16,339 nt of DNA. Origin: Anaeromyxobacter sp. Its GTDB lineage: Bacteria; Myxococcota; Myxococcia; Myxococcales; Anaeromyxobacteraceae. Each line of letters begins with the position of its first letter. Position 1 is the stretch's first letter. The position numbers and the translations under genes were made by a program. The notes beneath the pieces were generated by a model. That model was not told the origin of the DNA, ran no database searches, and was given only the letters and a program-made list of their open reading frames with translations. The stretch spans positions 1 through 16,339 of the forward strand of contig JASGJN010000015.1 of the NCBI GenBank assembly GCA_049840735.1, in the 5' to 3' direction. This document shows positions 1 through 7,030 of this stretch, piece by piece.

Positions 1-984
1 TCGTCGCGCGAGGTGAAGGGCACCAGCCCGGACGCGCCGAAGCGGGTGGTGCCGCCGGCCGTGGCGCTCTCGCCCGCGCCCACCGTGCCCGGCGAAGTGA
101 GCGAAGCCGCCCCGGCTCCAGCGGTGGCGGCGCCCAACGTGGCCCCGCTGGCTGCGCCCCCCGGCGTCGCCACCACGCTGGTCGCGCCGGCGGCGCCGCT
201 GCCACGGCAGTACCCGGGCTACTCGCTGCCGCCGCCCATCCTGGCGCCCAACCCGCCCGAGCCTCCGGTGGTCGCCGCCGCGGCTGCGGCGTCACCCGCC
301 GCCCCGACCGCGGCCCCCGCCGTGAGCGCGAAGCAGAGGAAGGCCTTCAAGGGCAGCTCGTCCGCGCCGGTCGCCGCCGCCGTCGAGGCGCCTGCGGCGC
401 CCTCGCCGTCCGCGGCTCCGCCGGTCCAGCCGGCGAAGCCCGACAAGCCCACCCCGGCCGCGGCGCCTCCCCCTGCAGCAGCGGCCCAGCCGCAGCTCGC
501 GGCGGCCGCTCCTGCGGTGAAGGCCGCGCCGCCTGCACCCGCTCCGGCGCCCGCCGCGGCGCCCCCTGCGTCGCTGCTGCCCGAGCAGGCGCCCATCGCG
601 CGCGCCGAGCCGAACGACGCGGTCCAGCGCGCGCTGAAGAAGGACGCGCCGACCACGACCGCGAAGCGCGCCGGCGGCTGGAAGGGACCGGTGGCGATCG
701 GCCTGGGCGCGGTCGCGCTCGGCGCGACCGGCTACGCGGCCTACCAGTGGCACCAGGCCAGCGAGACCGGCGACCAGGCCGAGAGCATGCTGCAGAACGG
801 CGCGGTCAAGCAGGGGCTCGATCCGAAGGTCTACTACGGCCTGCGCGCAGAGGCCGACTCGGCCCAGACCGGCGCCTACGTCTCGGCCAGCGTTGCCCTG
901 GTGGCCGGCGTCGCCGCCGGCGTGCTGGGCTGGCAGGCGCTCCACGACGCGCCGCCGGACGCGGCCGTGGCGGTGCACTTCTGA
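1..984 (+). CDS. 5'-truncated Pro/Ala-rich protein with C-terminal two-helix hydrophobic hairpin and terminal Phe (probable envelope protein; N-terminal domain outside window)
   Basis: Frame is open from base 1 to TGA at 982-984 with GC-rich third positions. About 200 aa of Pro/Ala linker precede the hydrophobic segments GPVAIGLGAVALGATGYAAY and AYVSASVALVAGVAAGVLGW; the protein ends AVAVHF. Confidence 0.75.
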   Translation, partial: SSREVKGTSPDAPKRVVPPAVALSPAPTVPGEVSEAAPAPAVAAPNVAPLAAPPGVATTLVAPAAPLPRQYPGYSLPPPILAPNPPEPPVVAAAAAASPAAPTAAPAVSAKQRKAFKGSSSAPVAAAVEAPAAPSPSAAPPVQPAKPDKPTPAAAPPPAAAAQPQLAAAAPAVKAAPPAPAPAPAAAPPASLLPEQAPIARAEPNDAVQRALKKDAPTTTAKRAGGWKGPVAIGLGAVALGATGYAAYQWHQASETGDQAESMLQNGAVKQGLDPKVYYGLRAEADSAQTGAYVSASVALVAGVAAGVLGWQALHDAPPDAAVAVHF

Positions 985-1103
985 GGCAGGCCGGCCGCCG
1001 CCGGTGATGTCGGGCGGCGACCGGACCGCCCCAACCGAACCCTCGCGGAGCGCAAACGGCCGGATACAGAGGATGGGCGGCCGGGCCGCGGAGGAGCCGA
1101 AGG

Positions 1104-1553
1104 ATGCGCTACGCGAAGGTCTTCGTGGTCCGCTGGGCCGATTGCGACGCCAACGGCCACATGCGCAACACGGCGTACAGCGAGTACGCCATCGAGACGC
1201 GCCTCTCGTACTTCGCCGAGCGGGGCTTCCCGGTGGCCCGCTTCGCCCAGCTCGGCATCGGCCCGGTGCTGCGCCGGGAGGAGATCGACTTCAAGCGCGA
1301 GCTCCACATCGGCGAGACGGTCGAGGTGGACATGACCTGCGTCGGCGTATCCCCCGACGGCGCACGCTTCAAGATCGGCCACGAGTTCTGGCGCCCGGGC
1401 GCCAAGCAGTCGGCCCGCCTGGTGGTGAGCGGCGGCTGGATGGACCTGCGCGCCCGCAAGCTGGTGCTGCCCCCGCCGGAGCTGAAGGCCGCCATGTTCG
1501 CGGCCCCCATGGCCGAGCCGCTGGAGGAGCTGCCGCCGCTCAAGACCGGTTGA
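1104..1553 (+). CDS. Acyl-CoA thioesterase, hotdog fold (4HBT/YbgC/FadM-like)
   Basis: 149 aa. N-terminal VRWADCDANGHMRNTAYSEY matches the family motif VR..D.D..GHV.N..Y; also EIDFKREL..G and W(M)DL..RK...P. GGAGGAG lies upstream of the ATG. Confidence 0.9.
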   Translation: MRYAKVFVVRWADCDANGHMRNTAYSEYAIETRLSYFAERGFPVARFAQLGIGPVLRREEIDFKRELHIGETVEVDMTCVGVSPDGARFKIGHEFWRPGAKQSARLVVSGGWMDLRARKLVLPPPELKAAMFAAPMAEPLEELPPLKTG

Positions 1554-1594
1554 GCGTGCGTGCGAGGTCCTGGGCGCGGCGGCTGCCGGCGTGT

Positions 1595-2278
1595 TCAGTG
1601 CTCCCCGGCCGGCTCCGTGATCCGTGCGCCCTCGGTGCCCGGGGCGGAGGTGGGGGCAGGGTCCTTCGGGAGCAGGTCGGGTGCCTGCTTCGCCGGCGTG
1701 GGGACCGCCGGGGTCGGAGCGCGGCGCTGCGCCGGGGCGACCTCGCAGGTCTTCCAGAGCCGGGCCGAGAGCTCATCGACCAGCGGCACCTGCTCGTTCG
1801 CCCCATCGACGCGCAGCATGAAGATGTCGTCCTTCGTAACGAAGGTCAGCACCTGCGAGCGGAAGAGAAGTTGTTTCCCCGAGATCCCGCAGGTCGCGTC
1901 CGAGCGGATCCACAGGGCGGAGCGCTCGCGATCGTATTCCACCGTCTCGCCCGCCGTGCGGCACTCCAGGCCCAGCGCCTGGGTCAGGGCCCGGCGCACG
2001 CTCGAGCCCAGGCTGTTCACGATGCCGCGCGCGTGCTCCGCCTCGCCGAGGACGCGCGCGAGCGCGTCCAGATCCCCGGGCTGGTCGCCAGCGGCGGAGA
2101 CCCCGAGGAGCGGCGCCCCGGAGGCGTGCTTCCAGGCGGCGATGTTCGGCGGCGGCGCGCTGGCGTACCTGACGTAGCCCTCGGGCAGATCGAAGGAGAG
2201 CGGACCCACCGTGACGCGCTCGGCGAGCGCGAGGGACGGGGCCAGGCCGAGCAGCAGCAGGGCGGGGAGCGTGCGCAC
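1595..2278 (-). CDS. Exported hypothetical protein (signal peptide, Pro-rich tail); paralogue of 2342-3034
   Basis: 227 aa, GTG start, signal peptide MRTLPALLLLGLAPSLALA. Aligns by eye along its length with the neighbouring ORF. Confidence 0.8.
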   Translation of the reverse strand: MRTLPALLLLGLAPSLALAERVTVGPLSFDLPEGYVRYASAPPPNIAAWKHASGAPLLGVSAAGDQPGDLDALARVLGEAEHARGIVNSLGSSVRRALTQALGLECRTAGETVEYDRERSALWIRSDATCGISGKQLLFRSQVLTFVTKDDIFMLRVDGANEQVPLVDELSARLWKTCEVAPAQRRAPTPAVPTPAKQAPDLLPKDPAPTSAPGTEGARITEPAGEH

Positions 2279-2284
2279 GGGACG

Positions 2285-2293
2285 AGGCTAGCA
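2285..2293 (-). promoter_or_regulatory. Putative extended -10 element (TGcTAGCCT), 6 nt before the GTG at 2278; possible leaderless promoter
   Basis: Minus strand reads gTGcTAGCCT-cgtccc-GTG, with no Shine-Dalgarno sequence. Confidence 0.45.
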
Positions 2294-2341
2294 CACGCAC
2301 CGGAGGCCGGGAGCGCGCGCAGGCCCCCCGCTCGCGATCGG

Positions 2342-3034
2342 TCAGCGCTGCGACGTGGCCGCGGGCCGCGCGGCCCGGCGCCGCCACCAGCGCACCGCGA
2401 CCGCTGCCACGGCCAGGAGCAGCAACCCCAGCAGCCCCTCGACCCAGAACCGCTGCACGATCCCCGGCGCCTCCAGCCGCTGCGCCTCCACCACCGTCAG
2501 CGTCGGCCAGATTCGGTTCGCGATCAGCCGGGCCGCCTCGCGAGCCTCCGGGCCGGCGTCGATCCGGACCACCACGTTGCCGCTCCGGGTGAGGATCGAC
2601 AGGAGCTGCGTGCGCTGCTCCCTGGGGCGGGGCGGCGTCTCGCAGGTCATGTCCACCGTGACCTGGGCCGCGAGCCGGTCGAGGTCATCGCGGATGGGCG
2701 TGCCGGTGTAGCGGCACGGCACCCGGAGCGCGTTGGCGGCCTCCCGCACCTGCGCCTCGCCGAAGCCGCGGATCAGCCGGCGCTGCAGCGTCTCACCGCT
2801 CTCGAGCTCGCTGGCCGCGGCCACCGGGTCCACCATCCGCGTCTCCAGCACCAGGATGCCGACGCCGGTCTTCGGGTCCGTCCAGGAGGCGAGCAGCGGC
2901 ATGGGGCCGGTCTGGCCGGGGATGAGCCCCTCGGGCAGGTCGAAGGTCACCGGGCCCACGGCGACGGGCGCGGCGCTGGGCAGTGACGGGGCGAGCAGGG
3001 CGGCGAGCAGCGGGAGCAGAGCGGTGGTGCGCAT
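2342..3034 (-). CDS. Exported hypothetical protein with C-terminal membrane anchor; paralogue of 1595-2278
   Basis: Likely start is ATG 3034 (MRTTALLPLLAALLAPSLPSAA signal peptide); alternative ATG at 3046. C-terminal helix WVEGLLGLLLLAVAAVAV is followed by RWWRRR. Confidence 0.8.
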   Translation of the reverse strand: MRTTALLPLLAALLAPSLPSAAPVAVGPVTFDLPEGLIPGQTGPMPLLASWTDPKTGVGILVLETRMVDPVAAASELESGETLQRRLIRGFGEAQVREAANALRVPCRYTGTPIRDDLDRLAAQVTVDMTCETPPRPREQRTQLLSILTRSGNVVVRIDAGPEAREAARLIANRIWPTLTVVEAQRLEAPGIVQRFWVEGLLGLLLLAVAAVAVRWWRRRAARPAATSQR

Positions 3035-3044
3035 GAGCGGGCGC

Positions 3045-3053
3045 ATGCTAGCA
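3045..3053 (-). promoter_or_regulatory. Putative extended -10 element (TGcTAGCAT), 10 nt before ATG 3034
   Basis: Same GTGCTAGC core as upstream of the paralogue; no Shine-Dalgarno sequence. Confidence 0.4.
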
Positions 3054-3075
3054 CCGCGCCGGCCACGGGAGTCCA

Positions 3076-3106
3076 GTTCGCGGTTCGACAGGCTCACCGC
3101 GAACGG
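3076..3106. repeat. REP-like palindromic repeat, copy 1
   Basis: Stem GTTCGCGGT (3076-3084) / ACCGCGAAC (3096-3104) with an 11-nt loop. 3078-3106 matches the reverse complement of 6196-6224 at 28/29 positions. Confidence 0.8.
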
Positions 3107-3168
3107 ATCAGGCTGACCGCGAACGGATCACGCTCACCGCATCCGGCTCACGCTCACCGCGGACGGCT
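3089..3168. repeat. Tandem array of four degenerate 20-bp units derived from the REP-like element
   Basis: Units: caggctcaccgcgaacggat / caggctgaccgcgaacggat / cacgctcaccgcatccggct / cacgctcaccgcggacggct. Confidence 0.85.
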
Positions 3169-4677
3169 GGCCGCCGCGCCACCCTTCGACCCCGGCTTGC
3201 GCGCCGGCGCCGGCTTGGCCTTCCCGCCCGCCGCGCCCCTCTGCGCCGGCTTCGCGCCCGCCGCCGGCTTGGCCTGCGCCGCCGCCGCCGCGGCCTGAGC
3301 AGTCGCCGCCTCGCGCGCCCGCGCCTCCGCGGCGGCCCGCTGCTGCCGCTCCACGCGCCGCTCGGCCTCCGCCTGCGCCACCGCGCCGTTCACTGTACGT
3401 GACGCCAGCGCCACCGCCTCCTGCAGCCGCTCCGCCAGCTCCGGCCCGAAGTACTGCCGGTGCGCCTCGCCCTCGCCCTCGCGCACGCGCTCGGCCGTCT
3501 CCACATAGCCCACGTAGCCGTCGGCCAGCGACAGCACCTCCGCCCCCGGCCCGGCCGCGGCGCGCCAGGCCGCGCCCACGGCCGCGGTCGGCTCGGCCGG
3601 CACCGCCAGGAGCAGCACCGGCCCCAGCCGCAGCGCGCTCACCTCGGCGTCGGTGGGCATGAGCGGCGCGGCCACCGTGGTCGCCGCCCGCCGGGCCAGC
3701 GCGGGCACCGCCGCCGGCGCCGGCAGGGGCAGGTTCTCGGTGGCGCGCGCGTAGCCCAGCTCCGGCTCGGCGTCCGGCGGCGAGAAGGCCAGCTGGGCCA
3801 CCGCCGCCTCCAGCGCCGCCGCGTAGGACTCCGGCGTGGCCGGCGGCTGGCCGGGCGGCAGCTGCACCGACTGGTCGCCCAGCGAGCCCTGGAAGAAGAG
3901 GCGGACGCCCTGCCCCTCGCCCGCCAGGAAGCGGCCCGGCCAGTCGCCCGAGATTTGCCGGTTGCGCTTGCCCAGCGTGGTCGGGTGGGCCGCGAAGAGC
4001 GCAAGCTCCGCCACCGGCGCGCCGTCGGGCCGGGTCAGCCGCACCACCGTGAGCCGCTGGTCCACCTCGCCGCCGTCGCGGTTGCGCGAGAGCGCCACCC
4101 CCTCGGCCCGGCCCACCGATAGCGCCGCCGGCCCCTCCTCCGCGGCCGCCTTCCGGAGCGCCTGCGCCATGGCGTTCGCGATCCGGTCGCGCAGCTCGGC
4201 GCGGTACGGTCCGAGCGCGATCCGCTCGCCGGCCAGGTTCTCCCAGTAGCCGCCCGGGGAGGCGTGGGTGTGCGTGGCGGCGACGATCAGCCCGTCGAGC
4301 GCCAACCCGCGCACCCTCGCCTGCACGGCTGCTTCCAGTGCCTCCGGGACGAGCAGGATCTCGGCCGAGACCAGCCCGATCCGCAGGTGGCCCGGGGAGG
4401 TGAGCACCACCGCCCGCGCCGTGACCGGGTCTCGCACGCCCTGCGCGGTGTAGGACCAGCGCCCGAAGCCGCCGATGGGCGCATCTGCTGGCAGCTCGAT
4501 GGGGGCCACGCCGGCGCCGGCCAGGAACCCGTCCCCATCCCCCGCCTTGGCCTCGACGCGGGGCGGCGTGAGGGCGGGCATTTTGACCCAGGGGAGGGAG
4601 AGCAGGGCCACGGCGGCTGCGACGAGGCCGCACAGGACCGCGACGACGAGGAGGAGCCTGGCCGGCAGTTTTTTCAA
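3154..4677 (-). CDS. Neutral/alkaline non-lysosomal ceramidase family protein with N-terminal signal/anchor and Ala/Lys-rich C-terminal tail
   Basis: TTG start at 4677 gives [23 protein letters not shown]. Family motifs appear in order: [57 protein letters not shown]. The ORF-track extension to 6432 is an antisense shadow of purF. Confidence 0.8.
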   Translation of the reverse strand: MKKLPARLLLVVAVLCGLVAAAVALLSLPWVKMPALTPPRVEAKAGDGDGFLAGAGVAPIELPADAPIGGFGRWSYTAQGVRDPVTARAVVLTSPGHLRIGLVSAEILLVPEALEAAVQARVRGLALDGLIVAATHTHASPGGYWENLAGERIALGPYRAELRDRIANAMAQALRKAAAEEGPAALSVGRAEGVALSRNRDGGEVDQRLTVVRLTRPDGAPVAELALFAAHPTTLGKRNRQISGDWPGRFLAGEGQGVRLFFQGSLGDQSVQLPPGQPPATPESYAAALEAAVAQLAFSPPDAEPELGYARATENLPLPAPAAVPALARRAATTVAAPLMPTDAEVSALRLGPVLLLAVPAEPTAAVGAAWRAAAGPGAEVLSLADGYVGYVETAERVREGEGEAHRQYFGPELAERLQEAVALASRTVNGAVAQAEAERRVERQQRAAAEARAREAATAQAAAAAAQAKPAAGAKPAQRGAAGGKAKPAPARKPGSKGGAAASRPR

Positions 4678-4704
4678 GCGCCCATCGTTATACTCCCGCG
4701 CTCC
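4678..4704. promoter_or_regulatory. 27-bp divergent intergenic region with overlapping -10-like hexamers (TATACT + strand 4689-4694; TATAAC - strand 4692-4687)
   Basis: AT-rich GTTATACT core in very GC-rich DNA, 10 nt before the purF ATG and 9 nt before the TTG of the divergent gene. Confidence 0.5.
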
Positions 4705-6168
4705 ATGGGCTACGACGCCGTCTACGACAAGATGAAGGATGAGTGCGGGGTCTTCGGGATCTGGGCCGTCGGCCAGTCCGAGGAGGCCGCCAACTTCACC
4801 TACCTCGGGCTCCACGCCCTGCAGCACCGCGGGCAGGAGTCGGCCGGCATCGTGGCCACCGACGGCGACACCCTCCACGTCCACCGCGACATGGGGCTGG
4901 TGGCCGACATCTTCAACGCCGAGGTCCTCTCCCGGCTCAAGGGCGGCGCCGCCATCGGCCACGTCCGCTACTCCACCACCGGCGCCTCGCACGTCCGCAA
5001 CGCCCAGCCGCTCGCCGTCCAGTACGCCGGCGGCGCCGTCGCCGTGGCCCACAACGGCAACCTGGTCAACGCCGAGGCGCTCAAGGCCGAGCTGGAGGAG
5101 CAGGGCTCGATCTTCTCCGCCTCCACCGACACCGAGGTGATCGTCCACCTCATCGCCCGCTCCCGCCCGGTCGGCCCCCCCGGCTCGCTGGAGGCGCTGC
5201 TCGGCTCCATCCGCCAGGCGCTGGGGCGCGTGGCCGGCGCGTACTCCATCCTCTTCATGACGCCCAAGGCCATCGTGGGCGCGCGCGACCCCATGGGCTT
5301 CCGCCCGCTGGTGCTGGGCAAGCTCAAGGGCAGCTGGGTGCTGGCCAGCGAGACCACCGCGCTCGACCTGATCGAGGCCGAGTACGTCCGCGAGGTGGAG
5401 CCGGGCGAGCTGGTGGTGCTGGACGCCAACGGCCTGCGCAGCGAGCGGCTCTTCCCGGACCAGGCGCCCTCGAAGCGGCTGGCCCGCTGCGTGTTCGAGC
5501 AGATCTACTTCGCCCGCCCGGACTCGGTCCTCTTCGGCCGCTCCGTCTACGCCGTGCGCCAGGCCTTCGGGCGGCGGCTGGCCAAGGAGCACCCCATCGC
5601 GGCGGACCTGGTCATCCCGGTGCCGGACTCCGGCGTGCCGGCCGCCATCGGCTACGCCGAGGCCAGCGGCATCCCCTTCGCCATGGGGCTGGTCCGCTCG
5701 CACTACGTCGGCCGCACCTTCATCGAGCCGCAGCAGTCCATCCGCCACTTCGGCGTGAAGCTGAAGCTGAACGCCCTGCGCGACGTGCTCAAGGGCAAGC
5801 GCGTCGTGGTGGTGGACGACTCGGTGGTGCGCGGCACCACCAGCCGCAAGATCGTGAAGATGATCCGCGCCGCCGGCGCGAGCGAGGTGCACCTGCGCAT
5901 CAGCTCGCCGCCCACCGCCTGGCCCTGCTACTACGGCATCGACACGCCCACGCGGCAGGAGCTGATCGCCTCCAGCCACACCGTGGGCGAGATCGCCACC
6001 TACGTCACGGCCGATTCGCTCGGCTACCTCTCGATCGACGGCCTCTACGAGGCCATGGGCGAGAAGCGGACCGGGTTCTGTGACGCCTGCTTCTCCGGCG
6101 AGTACCTGATCGAGTTCCCGCGCCGCGCCACCGCCGCGCCCCCCGCGCTGCGAGTGCTGGGCGGGTAG
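4705..6168 (+). CDS. purF: Amidophosphoribosyltransferase (glutamine PRPP amidotransferase), propeptide / 4Fe-4S type
   Basis: DE-CGVFG Ntn nucleophile, [36 protein letters not shown]-binding [13 protein letters not shown], and Fe-S cysteines in RCVFE, PCYYG and FCDACF. Alternative start at ATG 4732. Confidence 0.97.
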   Translation: MGYDAVYDKMKDECGVFGIWAVGQSEEAANFTYLGLHALQHRGQESAGIVATDGDTLHVHRDMGLVADIFNAEVLSRLKGGAAIGHVRYSTTGASHVRNAQPLAVQYAGGAVAVAHNGNLVNAEALKAELEEQGSIFSASTDTEVIVHLIARSRPVGPPGSLEALLGSIRQALGRVAGAYSILFMTPKAIVGARDPMGFRPLVLGKLKGSWVLASETTALDLIEAEYVREVEPGELVVLDANGLRSERLFPDQAPSKRLARCVFEQIYFARPDSVLFGRSVYAVRQAFGRRLAKEHPIAADLVIPVPDSGVPAAIGYAEASGIPFAMGLVRSHYVGRTFIEPQQSIRHFGVKLKLNALRDVLKGKRVVVVDDSVVRGTTSRKIVKMIRAAGASEVHLRISSPPTAWPCYYGIDTPTRQELIASSHTVGEIATYVTADSLGYLSIDGLYEAMGEKRTGFCDACFSGEYLIEFPRRATAAPPALRVLGG

Positions 6169-6195
6169 CGCAGGCAGCGCCTCCGTCCTGATCGG

Positions 6196-6224
6196 CCGTT
6201 CGCGGTGAGCTTGTCGAACCGCGA
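6196..6224. repeat. REP-like palindromic repeat, copy 2 (inverted relative to copy 1), 27 nt after the purF stop
   Basis: CCGTTCGCGGTGAGCTTGTCGAACCGCGA, with stem TCGCGGT/ACCGCGA around an 11-nt loop. Confidence 0.8.
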
Positions 6225-6503
6225 GCGGGCGCGGGCACCTTGGGTTCGCTCCGGGTGCAATCGGTAACGGTCCGACCCCATCCTCTGCGCCCCGAACAGT
6301 CTCCCGCCAAGGCGTGAACGGTGCGGCAATCCGTCGCGCGGGAACCCCCGTCGGTCCGCTGCCGCGTCCGCCCCGCCGCGTGCGCCCACCTCCAATGCAA
6401 GGATCCGCAGTCATTCCGCCATGCCGCCGCACCTGTGCGCCCGGGGTCGCCGTTCTGGACAGCCGGTGTAGGATGCGCTACCCGGAAAGCACCAGAGTGA
6501 CTC

Positions 6504-6521
6504 GCGGTGCTGTAGCACCGC
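6504..6521. promoter_or_regulatory. Perfect inverted repeat upstream of tssJ; candidate operator
   Basis: GCGGTGCT-gt-AGCACCGC ends 34 nt before the tssJ ATG. A -10-like TAGGAT lies at 6469-6474. Confidence 0.35.
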
Positions 6522-6555
6522 CCGTGTGACGACACCCCAGCCAACGGGCAGGGAC

Positions 6556-7014
6556 ATGACACGCCTGATCGCAGTGGCCATCGCAGCTTCTGCAGTCATC
6601 CTGTCCGGGTGCGGCCTGTTCGGCGCCAAGGGCGCCCCGCCGCCGCTCAAGGTGTCCATCACCGCCTCGAGCCGGCTCAACCCGGACGACGAGGGCAACG
6701 CGCTGCCCACGCTGGTGCGCGTCTACCAGCTGGCCAGCCCCGCCCGCGCGCGGTCCGCCGAGCTGGGCGACCTGCTGCGCGATCCCAAGGCCGTGCTGGC
6801 GGAGGACCTGCTCTCGGTCGAGGAGCTGCAGCTCACGCCCGGCGCCAAGCTGGACCGGACGCTGCCGCGGGAGCAGACCGCGCGCGCGGTGCTGATCGCG
6901 GCGGTGGTGCGGCGCCCCGCCGGCGAGTCCTGGAAGGACGTGGTGGAGCTGCCGGCCAGCAAGAGCCCGCCGCTCGCGTACCTGGTCGAGGAGTACCGGC
7001 TGAGCAGGCGCTGA
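6556..7014 (+). CDS. tssJ: T6SS outer-membrane lipoprotein TssJ (VasD/SciN)
   Basis: Lipoprotein signal MTRLIAVAIAASAVILSG-C (Cys19) and motif LNPDDEGNALPTLVRVYQL. First gene of the J-K-L-M block. Confidence 0.92.
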   Translation: MTRLIAVAIAASAVILSGCGLFGAKGAPPPLKVSITASSRLNPDDEGNALPTLVRVYQLASPARARSAELGDLLRDPKAVLAEDLLSVEELQLTPGAKLDRTLPREQTARAVLIAAVVRRPAGESWKDVVELPASKSPPLAYLVEEYRLSRR

Positions 7015-7030
7015 AGGAGAGAGGCCACCG

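Noticed and set aside
3089..3168. Possible mini CRISPR array
   Set aside because: Units are contiguous 20-mers without unique spacers, and no cas genes are present.
4264..4704. N-terminal extension of PurF (634-aa ORF)
   Set aside because: It overlaps the ceramidase gene antisense, and PurF needs its catalytic Cys near the N-terminus.
3078..6224. Composite transposon or MITE defined by the 29-bp inverted repeats
   Set aside because: No transposase, no evident target-site duplication, and housekeeping cargo (purF). REP-like repeats explain it better.
4678..6432. 1092-aa ORF 3154..6432 as one large fusion protein
   Set aside because: The part above 4677 is the antisense shadow of purF. Ceramidase similarity and the signal sequence begin at TTG 4677.
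6225..6555. Sigma-54 promoter, riboswitch (e.g. c-di-GMP) or small ORF upstream of tssJ
   Set aside because: I found no TGGCAC-N5-TTGC-type match and could not fit a riboswitch consensus by eye. The short ORFs (6314..6529, 6005..6562) lack coding-like codon bias.
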